Below, one piece after another: positions 1-8,566 of a DNA stretch of 32,000 bases; the stretch's first letter is position 1, and every line of letters starts with the position of its first letter. Source of the DNA: Ignicoccus islandicus DSM 13165 (GTDB taxonomy: Archaea > Thermoproteota > Thermoprotei_A > Sulfolobales > Ignicoccaceae); assembly GCF_001481685.1 (NCBI RefSeq), contig NZ_CP006867.1, forward strand, positions 150,001 to 182,000. Direction: 5' to 3'. Under the pieces are notes generated by a model. That model searched no databases and was not told where the DNA came from. It saw nothing but the letters and a program-made list of their open reading frames with translations. The position numbers and the translations under genes were made by a program.

Positions 1-163
1 GTAAGTACGCCCGTCTTTTCGGAAGCACCGATGTTTTTACTAGAAAGGTATCATGTAGTAAGTACTGGAAATAAGGGCAACCTCGCGCAAGTCTCCGTTC
101 AACTAACTTTACCATGGATGAGAATAAATTGGAATACTAGGCGTTTTCGATGAGTAAACGTGG

Positions 164-265
164 TGGGGCCGCCGCCGGGATTTGAACCCGGGACCTCGGG
201 ATCTCCGCGGCCTCTCAGCCGGGCCTCCACAGTCCCGCGCTCTAACCAGCTGAGCTACGGCGGCC
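164..265 (-). tRNA. tRNA-His (anticodon GUG) with a 24-nt intron at 37/38, encoded G-1 and encoded 3' CCA
   Basis: The reverse complement folds as a cloverleaf. Elements in order: G-1; acceptor GCCGCCG/CGGCGGC; D arm GCTC-AGCTGGTTA-GAGC; anticodon stem CGGGA/TCCCG; loop CTGTGG[intron]A with GTG at 228-230; variable loop AGGTC; T arm CCGGG-TTCAAAT-CCCGG; discriminator C; CCA at 164-166. G-1 opposite C73 is the tRNA-His hallmark. Confidence 0.9.
203..226 (-). other. tRNA-His intron (24 nt; splice position ambiguous by 1 nt)
   Basis: The insert AGGCCCGGCTGAGAGGCCGCGGAG lies between G37 and A38. It has an internal hairpin GGCC-cggctgaga-GGCC. Its CCGC can pair with anticodon-loop GUGG, as expected for a bulge-helix-bulge substrate. 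Confidence 0.8.
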
Positions 266-305
266 AGCTGAGGGCGGCGCCCCATTTACGGGTCTTTCGG
301 AGTAA

Positions 306-318
306 GATTAAAAAATTT
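306..318 (-). promoter_or_regulatory. Candidate TATA box for tRNA-His
   Basis: The minus strand reads AAATTTTTTAATC, 41-53 nt upstream of the mature 5' end, which implies a leader of about 20 nt. It shares the GATTAAAAA (plus-strand) core with the tRNA-Gly promoter element. Confidence 0.4.
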
Positions 319-643
319 AGTACCGATCCTCTTCGAAAAGCTGTAATAGAGATATATGAGGTGATGTGTGCGAAACGTTCCCCTAATCCTCTAGATATCC
401 TATGTGTCACTGCGATTCTAGGCTCCGCGTAATATTCAGTCTTGGGGAGCATTGAATTCCATCAGTTCAATAACGGAAACTTTAGGTACTCTCAATGTTT
501 AAGCACAAGGCATTGCGAGGCGTCTCGCTATCTATTTCATGGAAAGTCCTTAGCGAAGGATCGGCGCGCGAGGAAGGGTTACCGGTTCCCTTTTGTTACG
601 CTTTTAACCATGTCAGATGGATTGAGTTGAACGGTAACAGATC

Positions 644-2164
644 TTGAGCCTTAGACTAGGTGGTAAGAAAGGGAGAATGACGTTTCTAGATAAGAGTTCT
701 TCCAAGGCGGGCTTATACTTGTTAGCGATAGTGGTAATAGGTTACTTGATAGCATCTGCTTCTATAGAATACGAGCAAGCTGTTGCCAAGACGTACGTTC
801 TCTCTAGGGGTTCCAGCATCGAAAACGTTGCCGCCTTCGATCAAATCTTGAAGGAGAACAAGTACGTTGCAATAATGTTCAAGAGCACAACGTGTCCAGT
901 CTGCAAGAAAATGTATCCTTACTGGCTCCAATTAGAGGCAATGAGCGATGGAAAGGTAAGATATTACGATGTAACTTTCTCTCCTAGCACGGAGCCCATA
1001 TTTAGGAGGTTTAACATAAACGACGTACCTACCTTCATGGTATTCAAAGACGGGAAGTTGGTTGGAAGACACATAGGAGGGTTCCCTGGGCCAGACGTAG
1101 CTACTCAAATGAAGAACTGGGTGTATTCGCGTCTAGGCCTCACGTCGTCTAAATTGGAAGCGGACTTGATGGAGTTCCAACTGGCTTGCGCCAGCTGCCA
1201 CGGCAGTCCAAAGGAAGTCTCTAAGGAAGCGGTAATTGAATGGATCAACGAGGTTCCCCCGGATCCAACTTCCGCCAAATTGAACGAGATGTTCAGGAAA
1301 GCCTTTGCATCAAATACAACGCTCTTTGAGCTTTACGGTAAGGAGAGAGTAGTTGAAGGCGTTAAGTCAATGAAGACGTTCGTACCGAACCTAGACGAAA
1401 AGGCTTCCGAACGCTACGCAGAGTTCCTTAACGAACTAAGCAAGGTGGCCTTGGGGAGGGAGACCAAAGGAAGCGAGGCCGAATTGAACGCTCCTCTAGA
1501 CGCTGGAGAGGCCAGCAAGTTAGAGGCCTCCGGTCTCCCAGCCAGCGCGCAATTGAGTTCGATACTTTCTTTCGTCGTTGGGTTAGCTACCGGACTAGCG
1601 GCCGCTCTCTCGCCTTGCGTCTTCCCGTTGTTCGTCACTCACGTCACCAGCAGCCTAAGGAGGTCTGAAAGCAACGTTAGCAAGTCCTTGGGATGTGGCG
1701 CGCTGGCGGCCCTAGGAGTGGTTGCGCTAGGCGCGCTATTCCTATTGTTCTCGAACGCCGTTCTAGCCGTTCAAAAAATCCTTCTCCCGGTAGTGGGAGG
1801 CGCTATAGTAATAGCTGGCTTAGCGAGTTTGCTTGACGTACCAATGGAAATTAGCAGCGCCAAGGTAGGCAAGAAGAGCGACTTCGCTTTCTGTGCGCTT
1901 TACGGCTTCCTATCAGTGCAATGTAACTTGCCTCTAGTAATAGGAGCTCTGTTACTAATAGCAACTACAGGTGGAGTAAGTACCTTAGCCGGATTCGCGT
2001 TAGGAATAGGTATACCGCTAGCGGTAACGTCGTACTTAGCGCCTAAGCTGAAGAACGTAGCAATAGTCTTAACTAAGAGGAGTAAGGAAATAGAGTTGAT
2101 TAGCTCTGCGCTAATGGTCATAGCTGGAGTGTACTTGCTCCTCTATAGCTTTTCAGTAATATAA
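644..2164 (+). CDS. Membrane protein fusing a thioredoxin domain, a cytochrome c-like CxxCH module and a CcdA/DsbD-type transmembrane domain
   Basis: 506-aa ORF starting at TTG 644, with an in-frame ATG at 677. It has an N-terminal TM anchor (LYLLAIVVIGYLIASASI) and a Trx-fold region with CPVC (nt 893-904) and VPTFMVFKDGK. CASCH lies at nt 1187-1201, followed by SMKTFVPNLDEKASERYAEFL. The C-terminal half is multi-TM and carries LSPCVFPL, typical of CcdA/DsbD. Confidence 0.75.
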   Translation: MSLRLGGKKGRMTFLDKSSSKAGLYLLAIVVIGYLIASASIEYEQAVAKTYVLSRGSSIENVAAFDQILKENKYVAIMFKSTTCPVCKKMYPYWLQLEAMSDGKVRYYDVTFSPSTEPIFRRFNINDVPTFMVFKDGKLVGRHIGGFPGPDVATQMKNWVYSRLGLTSSKLEADLMEFQLACASCHGSPKEVSKEAVIEWINEVPPDPTSAKLNEMFRKAFASNTTLFELYGKERVVEGVKSMKTFVPNLDEKASERYAEFLNELSKVALGRETKGSEAELNAPLDAGEASKLEASGLPASAQLSSILSFVVGLATGLAAALSPCVFPLFVTHVTSSLRRSESNVSKSLGCGALAALGVVALGALFLLFSNAVLAVQKILLPVVGGAIVIAGLASLLDVPMEISSAKVGKKSDFAFCALYGFLSVQCNLPLVIGALLLIATTGGVSTLAGFALGIGIPLAVTSYLAPKLKNVAIVLTKRSKEIELISSALMVIAGVYLLLYSFSVI

Positions 2165-2261
2165 CTCCTTTTCAATACTATTCCTTCAAATTTTCTCCCT
2201 GTATAAATTCTTATACAATGTAAAATCCCTTCAGCCGTACGGAGCTCTTAAGTAGTAGAAA

Positions 2262-2340
2262 TGGTGCGGCGGCCGGGATTTGAACCCGGGATCACCGGCT
2301 TGGGAGGCCGGCATCCTAGTCCAGGCTAGACGACCGCCGC
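2262..2340 (-). tRNA. tRNA-Gly (anticodon CCC), CCA encoded
   Basis: The reverse complement is GCGGCGG-TC-GTCT-AGCCTGGACTA-GGAT-G-CCGGC-CTCCCAA-GCCGG-TGATC-CCGGG-TTCAAAT-CCCGG-CCGCCGC-A-CCA. This is a full cloverleaf with no intron. Confidence 0.9.
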
Positions 2341-2362
2341 CCTTGAAGTCAGGCTTTCCAAG

Positions 2363-2372
2363 GATTAAAAAG
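2363..2372 (-). promoter_or_regulatory. TATA box for tRNA-Gly
   Basis: The minus strand reads CTTTTTAATC, centred about 27 nt upstream of the tRNA 5' end at 2340. This is the classical archaeal spacing. Confidence 0.55.
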
Positions 2373-2386
2373 CTTAGACTTGATAG

Positions 2387-3346
2387 CTATCCCCAAATGT
2401 CGTTTGACTCGGATTCTTCATAAGGATTATATTTGTACATTAATATTTTATGTAGATCGTAAGGGCCGTCCGCACCAACTATTATAGCGTATAAGCCCGA
2501 ACTCGTTAGAGGCGTCATCTCAATTGAGGTTATCCTATACTCATTTGCAAATAGTAGCAGTTCATCAGTTATGTCTCTCGATACAATAACGTCGCCATTA
2601 GGTACGTTGAGGACGTAAAACGTTGTTGGCGTTGAGACTACGGCATATCGACAGTCATCGCTCACGCTAGAGTAGTAAACGTCCGAGGCGGTCACCTTCT
2701 TCCATAACATGGTTAGATCGCCATCCGTTTCGACCTCGTAAAGTTCCAGTACGCTATTACCTATTTCATCTTTACCAACCAATAGAATATATTTATCGCA
2801 ATTGGAAATTGATTGAACCTTGAAGTCCAGTCTAAGAACTCCTCTCAGTTCACCCGTCTTCGAGTCGACTATATACAGAGTTCTTTGGTCTTTCCCCACG
2901 AGGTACATTGTACCATTTATGAAAGGTAAGAACGAGTGGGTTGTTACATCTAAGTCTATTTTCAAAGGTGCTTTCCAAACAACGTTCCCAGTCCTACTGT
3001 AAGCTGTGCAATTGTTTACGTTACAGACTACAAATCCGTAGTCGGTAGCAATTATTGTATCGTATTTATCCTTCAGCTCGATTACACCTTTCTTCACTCT
3101 AGAATCTAGTCCGCTTAGTCCATAGACCTCATATATCGTTACCTCATCCTTAAAGAGTTCGTAGCTGTAACCACAACAATAGTCTGTATCCATATCGAAG
3201 TCGCTCGAAGCAATTACGATGTACTTGTGCATGTCCGTCTTTAACTTCGCAACTGTGTAGTCGACGTCGATAGTCTTAGCTAACTCTAGACTGGCAGCCG
3301 AGAGGGCAAAGGCTAAAGCTAAGGCAACTAACGCCGTCCTCACCAC
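2387..3346 (-). CDS. Secreted protein, probably beta-propeller (PQQ/YVTN-like repeats)
   Basis: 319 aa with signal peptide MVRTALVALALAFALSAAS. It is beta-rich and repetitive, with motifs such as TLYIVDSKTGEL and GNVVWKAPL. An A/T-rich element lies upstream near 3385-3397. Confidence 0.5.
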   Translation of the reverse strand: MVRTALVALALAFALSAASLELAKTIDVDYTVAKLKTDMHKYIVIASSDFDMDTDYCCGYSYELFKDEVTIYEVYGLSGLDSRVKKGVIELKDKYDTIIATDYGFVVCNVNNCTAYSRTGNVVWKAPLKIDLDVTTHSFLPFINGTMYLVGKDQRTLYIVDSKTGELRGVLRLDFKVQSISNCDKYILLVGKDEIGNSVLELYEVETDGDLTMLWKKVTASDVYYSSVSDDCRYAVVSTPTTFYVLNVPNGDVIVSRDITDELLLFANEYRITSIEMTPLTSSGLYAIIVGADGPYDLHKILMYKYNPYEESESNDIWG

Positions 3347-3454
3347 TCATCGCCGAATTAAAGGAACGCGCAATTATTCTTTATTTATAGTATGAAACTG
3401 ATCCGTTCGATCAACCTACATCTCGAAGGAGCTTCGATGGTAAAAGACAATTGA

Positions 3455-4645
3455 TCATTTCTTGAAGTCGAACAAGCTCCTATATCTATGTACGGGTGGC
3501 AACTTCGGTCTAGCCTCTCTTTTATAAACTAGCAGGAAGTTGTCCCTAACCGGCTCATACACGTACTTAAAGAAGAGGTTGGGATCGCGGAGCACGTGTT
3601 CGGGAAACAGGGAAACGTATTCGAAGGCCCTGTCCCAAGCTATTTCGAACGGCATACCGGAGTAATCGAACTTCTTAGCTACTTGCTTGAAGAAGTCCTC
3701 CGGTCTCTGAACCTGACCCCCTATCTCGAACCACTTACCGCTTCTCGGGGCCTTGTCCTTCAAGGGGCCCAAGGGCCTCAATTTCTCTATTCGCTCTAGC
3801 TCTTCCTCGCTGTAACCTCTAGGCCTCCTTATCTTACTCGGGTTGTAGTGATACTTCAACCAAGCGTAAAATATTGCTCTATTTAGACCAAAGCTGAGCG
3901 CCTCGAGCACGTCTCCAGAAAGTATGTAGTACCTTACCGCTTGGAGCAATCCCATTACTGGAAACCTGCCCGGGTGTCTCGGGTTAGTTGGTACTTCCTT
4001 TTCGACTGCCTTAACGTAGTCGTTCAAGTCCCCTTCGCAACTATCTATAGCGTCGTCATCGCCGCTTGCCTTGTCTGGAGAAGCCAAGCTCGGAGCGAGC
4101 TCCATTACATTGTCAGACTTAAGTGGCACGTTCACTAAGTTCAAGCTCTTATGCAAACTGTATGGAGCCGATAAGAACTTCGCGATAGGTAAAACTTCAT
4201 AGGGACTGAAGCCGGCATCCTCTACTATTTTTCTCATCAAATAAGATGGAGAAGCTGACTTCAGTTCTCCGTAATTGTAGCACTTCCAACTGACTATAGC
4301 GAAGGCAGATTCGCCGTTATATAAGAACCACGGAACGGCTCCCTTCCTCTTAACCGCCTCTGAGAGCTTGCGCGAAATTAACTTACACGAGTTCTCGTTA
4401 AAGCAGTAATAGCTAGCTATTAGGTCAGATCCCTTAACGTCCCTCAAGCTCTTAGATCCGTATTTGGTAGCGCTTGCCTCGACGCTCCTAGCGGATACCC
4501 TAAGGCCCTCGAGTTCCTCCCAAGAAGTTAAGATCAAGGGTTGACCCATATAGTACCTAATTACTTCGTCCTCTTTCGATAGACCGATCCATCTAAAGAG
4601 CATATGCTCCTTGAGCCTCTCGGTAACTTTAACGAACGGGAACAC
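3455..4645 (-). CDS. Hypothetical 396-aa protein with two domains joined by an acidic linker; weak primase (AEP)-like motif pattern
   Basis: Long ORF with uniform codon usage, immediately downstream of the ATPase gene. The N-terminal domain contains YYCFNEN, NGESAFAIVSW and LSAPYSLHKSLNLVNVPL. The linker is SGDDDAIDSCEGD and the C-terminal domain is helical. I recognise no family with confidence. Confidence 0.6.
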   Translation of the reverse strand: MFPFVKVTERLKEHMLFRWIGLSKEDEVIRYYMGQPLILTSWEELEGLRVSARSVEASATKYGSKSLRDVKGSDLIASYYCFNENSCKLISRKLSEAVKRKGAVPWFLYNGESAFAIVSWKCYNYGELKSASPSYLMRKIVEDAGFSPYEVLPIAKFLSAPYSLHKSLNLVNVPLKSDNVMELAPSLASPDKASGDDDAIDSCEGDLNDYVKAVEKEVPTNPRHPGRFPVMGLLQAVRYYILSGDVLEALSFGLNRAIFYAWLKYHYNPSKIRRPRGYSEEELERIEKLRPLGPLKDKAPRSGKWFEIGGQVQRPEDFFKQVAKKFDYSGMPFEIAWDRAFEYVSLFPEHVLRDPNLFFKYVYEPVRDNFLLVYKREARPKLPPVHRYRSLFDFKK

Positions 4646-4693
4646 TTAACGCCCTATAAGATCCTATTTGTCCGTGGAGATCAATAAAGTGGG

Positions 4694-5539
4694 TTACCCG
4701 AGTTCTATTACGTTTATCCATTCGCCTAGACCCTTGAGCCTATCGTCCCTGCTCTCCAATACGATGGACTTCATCTCTCCCAAGGGTCCCTTTAATAGCT
4801 CCTTTAAGAAACTCAAGTAATACCTATCTCCCGGTACCTCCTCTATTATCAAGTAGCTGTGGTGGAGCGGAACGTACTCCAGTATCCTCCTCTCCATTTC
4901 CATTGTTGAGAGAGGTTCCCTTAACTTAAACATGCTTGAGAAACACTTGTAGTGCAAGGGAGCGTTCTTGAGCTCGACTTCCGCTAGGCTCCACCTACCC
5001 CTTGGAAGGAAGGCCACGTCGTCGCTACCCTCGAAGAGAGCTTCCAGCAGGAGGTCTTGAGGTAATTGAGATTCCTTTCGAAGGTCTAGCTTCCACGTGC
5101 CTTTGAGCTTTTCCCCAATGCACTTCGTTTCAACAGAGGACCCTTCAGACACTATTCTCAAATTGCATATCCTCCTCACTTCGAATTCGAACGGGTTCCT
5201 TCCCTCCACTCTCAGCTCAGCGTAGGGAAGAGAGAGCGAAACGAAAAGTTGGAACTCTGCCTTCTTCAAGGACGTAACTACGTCTTCCAAGCTTACTTCG
5301 AAATCGCAAGTAACGTTCTCTCCTTTTGAACATGATGAAAACTTCATTAACTCTGCTAGTTCATTAGAGGCCATCGAGATGAAGTGTCCTCTAACGCATC
5401 CTCCTTTAAACATCGACAGAGCTAGGTATAAGTACCTGATCAAAACGCTCTTACCGCTCGCTGGCGGACCGTAAATGACGTTAGTCTTACCTAATTCCAC
5501 TTCCTTCTTAATTATAGGGGACGATACTCTAAACCTCAT
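4694..5539 (-). CDS. ABC/SMC-head-like P-loop ATPase (AAA_21-like)
   Basis: 281 aa. The N-terminal beta strands lead into Walker A (VIYGPPASGKSVL). A Walker B-like HHSYLIIEEVP lies near the C-terminus. A possible degenerate signature is PLSTMEMERRIL. An SD-like GGGGGAG lies 4 nt upstream of the ATG. Confidence 0.65.
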   Translation of the reverse strand: MRFRVSSPIIKKEVELGKTNVIYGPPASGKSVLIRYLYLALSMFKGGCVRGHFISMASNELAELMKFSSCSKGENVTCDFEVSLEDVVTSLKKAEFQLFVSLSLPYAELRVEGRNPFEFEVRRICNLRIVSEGSSVETKCIGEKLKGTWKLDLRKESQLPQDLLLEALFEGSDDVAFLPRGRWSLAEVELKNAPLHYKCFSSMFKLREPLSTMEMERRILEYVPLHHSYLIIEEVPGDRYYLSFLKELLKGPLGEMKSIVLESRDDRLKGLGEWINVIELG

Positions 5540-5672
5540 TTGCTCCCCCTAATCGTTTACGAGAGGCCGATGAAGAGCGCGTACTTGGCTGAAATGGTGA
5601 TGTGGGGTCACGGGGAGAGGCCAAAAACTAACTAGGGAAGATTCCCCTATATGCCGCTTGGGGTTTATTGAT

Positions 5673-6170
5673 ATGAGAATTGCTGTAGCAGCTTGTGGGT
5701 GCGATGGTCCGAAGGAACTCGCAAAGGAGGTTGCGGAAGCGGCATCAATTCTTAATTTAGAGCTTGCTCTGGGAGGTTGCTGGGGGCTAATGGGCGAAGT
5801 GGTTAGGGAGGCCTTAGAGAGGGGCGTAAAGGTAAAGGTATTTCTCCCAATAGGAGCCGAATGTCCCTTTCCCGTTGACGTAATAGAAACTAATATGAGT
5901 CCTAACGTGAGGAGCGCTCTCCTCGTTACTTCCTCCAACGGATTACTGGCATTGGGTGGGGGCGCCGGGACGTTAATGGAAGTATTGATGGCTTACAGGG
6001 AAAGGAAACCTGTTGCCCTAATAGAGGGATGGGGCATGGACACCGACCCTTTCTTTAGCTTAATAAAGGAGAGGGGCATCGACTCGAGGAACTTATCGGA
6101 CGTCGCTTCTTTCAATAAGCCTTTAGAAGCGCTTTCTTGGCTCTACGAGAGGTTGAAGTGTAAAATATAG
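5673..6170 (+). CDS. LOG / TIGR00725-family Rossmann-fold nucleotide-binding protein
   Basis: Motifs LALGGCWGLMGEVVREALERG and LLALGGGAGTLMEVLMAY (GGxGTxxE). The ORF opens at TTG 5658, but the ATG at 5673 (MRIAVAACG) fits the family N-terminus better. Confidence 0.7.
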   Translation: MRIAVAACGCDGPKELAKEVAEAASILNLELALGGCWGLMGEVVREALERGVKVKVFLPIGAECPFPVDVIETNMSPNVRSALLVTSSNGLLALGGGAGTLMEVLMAYRERKPVALIEGWGMDTDPFFSLIKERGIDSRNLSDVASFNKPLEALSWLYERLKCKI

Positions 6171-6200
6171 TGAATTTAATAACGACGTGGAGGTAATGCC

Positions 6201-7334
6201 TTGGAGTTCTCTAATTGGTCGATTCCGGAAGGTATTTCCTTCGATATAGTAATAGCCAAGCTTCCTTTAAAGAGGAAATTCAGGACGAGCTTCGGCGAAG
6301 CCTACGGAACCAGAGTTTTCCTATTGAGTAGGGCTGACGAGTGCATTGGAATTGGCGAGGCCCCTGTAGACCCCTATCCGCTCTATTCCGGCGAGTTCGT
6401 TGAGAGCGTAGTTGAGTTCGCGAAGAAGGTTTTGCCGGAAGTAAAGGCTCAAGATACCGTGTCCGGTATGTACAACGTTTTGAGGAAATATAGGGGAAAC
6501 AATTTCGCTAAGGCAATGATAGAGTATTCGATATTAACGTTAGTCTCTTGCCTAACTAACACCAGCTTGGTTAAAGCAGTTGGTGGAAGACCGTTCGCCT
6601 TACCAGTTCAAGAGAGCATAGGGATAGTGGATTCCGTTGATGAACTCCTTAAGTGGGCAGAAGAGGCGATCTCTTGGGGAGCGAGGAGGCTCAAGGTAAA
6701 GATTGAACCCGGCTGGGACGTGGAACCGGTGAAGGCCCTTTCTAGAGAGTTCCCTGGGGTTCCAATACTCGCTGACGCCAATGGCTCCTTCTCGCCCCTT
6801 AAGGACTCCCATTGGGAGATACTTAGCGAAGTCGCTCAGTACGTTAACTCCATTGAGCAACCCTTCCCTCCCGGCGATTTGGTCAATTCAGCTAAGCTAT
6901 CCTACGAGGAAGCAATTGAAGTAACCTTGGACGAGTCCGTTACTTCTCCGAATAACGTAGTGGAATTAGCTACGTTGAATGAGGAAATGGGCTCCTTCCT
7001 TTCGTTCAACTTGAAGCCTCCCAGGATGGGGGGTTTAATGGAGAGCTTGAAGAGCGTTGAACTAGCCCAGCAGTACGACATTCCTCTATTTATAGGAGGA
7101 AGTTTGGAGACGGCAGTTGGAAGGAGCCTTAACATGGTCGTCGCTTCAACGGTTTCGAAGAACTTGGAACCCTCCGATTTCTCGCCAGATCAGTACTTCT
7201 ATGAAAGATCTTTAGCGAAAGATCCATTTGATATAGAATGTGGTTTCGTGCGTTTGAGAGACGGTATAGGTGTAATGTTCGATATAGATATAGATTACTT
7301 AATGTCGAGGGCAATCGAAAAAATATCTATGTAA
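6201..7334 (+). CDS. Enolase-superfamily enzyme, o-succinylbenzoate synthase / N-acylamino-acid racemase subgroup
   Basis: 377 aa. KxK motif (LKVKIEPG), metal ligands in ILADANGSF, SIEQP and TLDES, and a second catalytic Lys in FNLKPPRMGG. Confidence 0.8.
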   Translation: MEFSNWSIPEGISFDIVIAKLPLKRKFRTSFGEAYGTRVFLLSRADECIGIGEAPVDPYPLYSGEFVESVVEFAKKVLPEVKAQDTVSGMYNVLRKYRGNNFAKAMIEYSILTLVSCLTNTSLVKAVGGRPFALPVQESIGIVDSVDELLKWAEEAISWGARRLKVKIEPGWDVEPVKALSREFPGVPILADANGSFSPLKDSHWEILSEVAQYVNSIEQPFPPGDLVNSAKLSYEEAIEVTLDESVTSPNNVVELATLNEEMGSFLSFNLKPPRMGGLMESLKSVELAQQYDIPLFIGGSLETAVGRSLNMVVASTVSKNLEPSDFSPDQYFYERSLAKDPFDIECGFVRLRDGIGVMFDIDIDYLMSRAIEKISM

Positions 7335-7335
7335 A

Positions 7336-8469
7336 TTACTTAACTTTCAATTCGCCCTTAGCAACAGCAACTGGCTCCAATGGAAGTACCGGAATTAGTT
7401 TCTCTCCGTGTGCAACCAGTTCTAACTTGTAACCCCTTAGGAACCAATCGCCTTGAGCCTCGAACTCGATGCACTCTTGGAACGGTAGCTTACTTACGTA
7501 GACTACTTTCTCCTTAATTACTTGATCCGGTCTGAACGCCAAGTCCTTCTTCGCTCTTAATGACCCTTCCAAGGCAGGAACGCTCTCTGTAGGTACCAGT
7601 TGGGGTACGTAGACGCAGCCAGTTACCTTCTCTCCCTTGTTTACTTCGCTCACACTGGCTCCTCCCTTGTAGTAGACCGCGTACAAGTTCTTAGCAATAT
7701 AGAACTTGAAGAAGTCGTAAACCGGAAGGTAGTAAAGGTCCTTACCTAGTACTTGAACGTACACTCCCCTAAGGAATATAGGGCCTACGCTGTAAGCCTT
7801 GGGAACCTTTACAGTCGTTACAGTTTCATTGCTTACCGTTACGGTCTTCAGCACTAAGTCCTCAAAACTAGCCACGTCAAGCTTAATTGTGGCATTGAGC
7901 GGAGCCCCACATGAGTTAACGAACTTGAAGCTGACTTCGCTACCGGGATAGGCAACAGCTTCATCAGCCTCAATCTTAAAGCAAGATACCAGCTTTCTCA
8001 GCAACTCTTGGTTTACCTCTTTAGGTTCCTTTCCCTTGTTCTTCTCAAGTATTTCATTAAAGGCTCTTTCTGCCTCTTTACCTAGAGACTTCAATTGAGA
8101 GACTAAGTCGGTTGGTTCATTAAAGATCTTTAGTATGCGGAGGTAACCTAGTCTCTCTATTTCAACGCCTTGGCTTCGGAAGTTAACGTAGAGCGCGTAA
8201 GCCTTCAAGCCATCTACGTTACCACCTTCCTTTTCATCGAAATATACCTTTACCTTTACGCAACCGGGCGCTTCAAAAGCGGAGACCTTTCCTATGCCCT
8301 CTGCTATTACTTCAACCGTCCCTTCGTTCTCCACACATAGCTTCAGAGAATACGAGGGTTTGTCGTCTATTAGAAACTTTATTGGTTTGCCTTCATAGGT
8401 CCAAGTAACGTTCACAACCGTTGCAAACACCATTGAAATTAGGGCTAGTAATAGTAAGCTCGTTCTCAA
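7336..8469 (-). CDS. Secreted protein of unknown function
   Basis: 377 aa with signal peptide MRTSLLLLALISMVFATV. It is beta-rich with several N-x-T/S sequons. No family recognised. Confidence 0.55.
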   Translation of the reverse strand: MRTSLLLLALISMVFATVVNVTWTYEGKPIKFLIDDKPSYSLKLCVENEGTVEVIAEGIGKVSAFEAPGCVKVKVYFDEKEGGNVDGLKAYALYVNFRSQGVEIERLGYLRILKIFNEPTDLVSQLKSLGKEAERAFNEILEKNKGKEPKEVNQELLRKLVSCFKIEADEAVAYPGSEVSFKFVNSCGAPLNATIKLDVASFEDLVLKTVTVSNETVTTVKVPKAYSVGPIFLRGVYVQVLGKDLYYLPVYDFFKFYIAKNLYAVYYKGGASVSEVNKGEKVTGCVYVPQLVPTESVPALEGSLRAKKDLAFRPDQVIKEKVVYVSKLPFQECIEFEAQGDWFLRGYKLELVAHGEKLIPVLPLEPVAVAKGELKVK

Positions 8470-8566
8470 TCCGTATTACCTCCTTTAAAATCGAATTACG
8501 AGTGAGTCTTTAAGTCAATATTCATAGTTAAATGGCCTCCGAACCCACTTCCATTGGTATTGAGTA

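Noticed and set aside
160-452. ORFs 160-432 (+) and 255-452 (-) from the six-frame track
   Set aside because: Both run through the tRNA-His gene and its promoter. Their translations are Pro/Gly/Arg/Ser-rich, as expected from reading a GC-rich tRNA, and they have no motifs.
442-630. 62-aa ORF in the 378-bp gap between tRNA-His and the Trx-CcdA gene; also checked for an ncRNA
   Set aside because: It has no start context, motif or codon-usage support. The gap is not GC-rich or helix-rich as an SRP or RNase P RNA would be, and only a trivial 5-bp hairpin (GCGAG/CTCGC) was seen.
5564-5622. Possible C/D box sRNA in the divergent intergenic region (GGCC-GATGA...CTGA...GTGATGT...GGCC)
   Set aside because: The C box lacks the leading U, the C-to-D' spacing is about 15 nt rather than 12, and no terminal CUGA D box is present (AGAG instead). 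This is not enough to call it.
5549-5938. 129-aa minus-strand ORF
   Set aside because: It is antisense to the well-supported LOG/TIGR00725-like gene, and its translation is low-complexity and Ser/Pro/Ala-rich.
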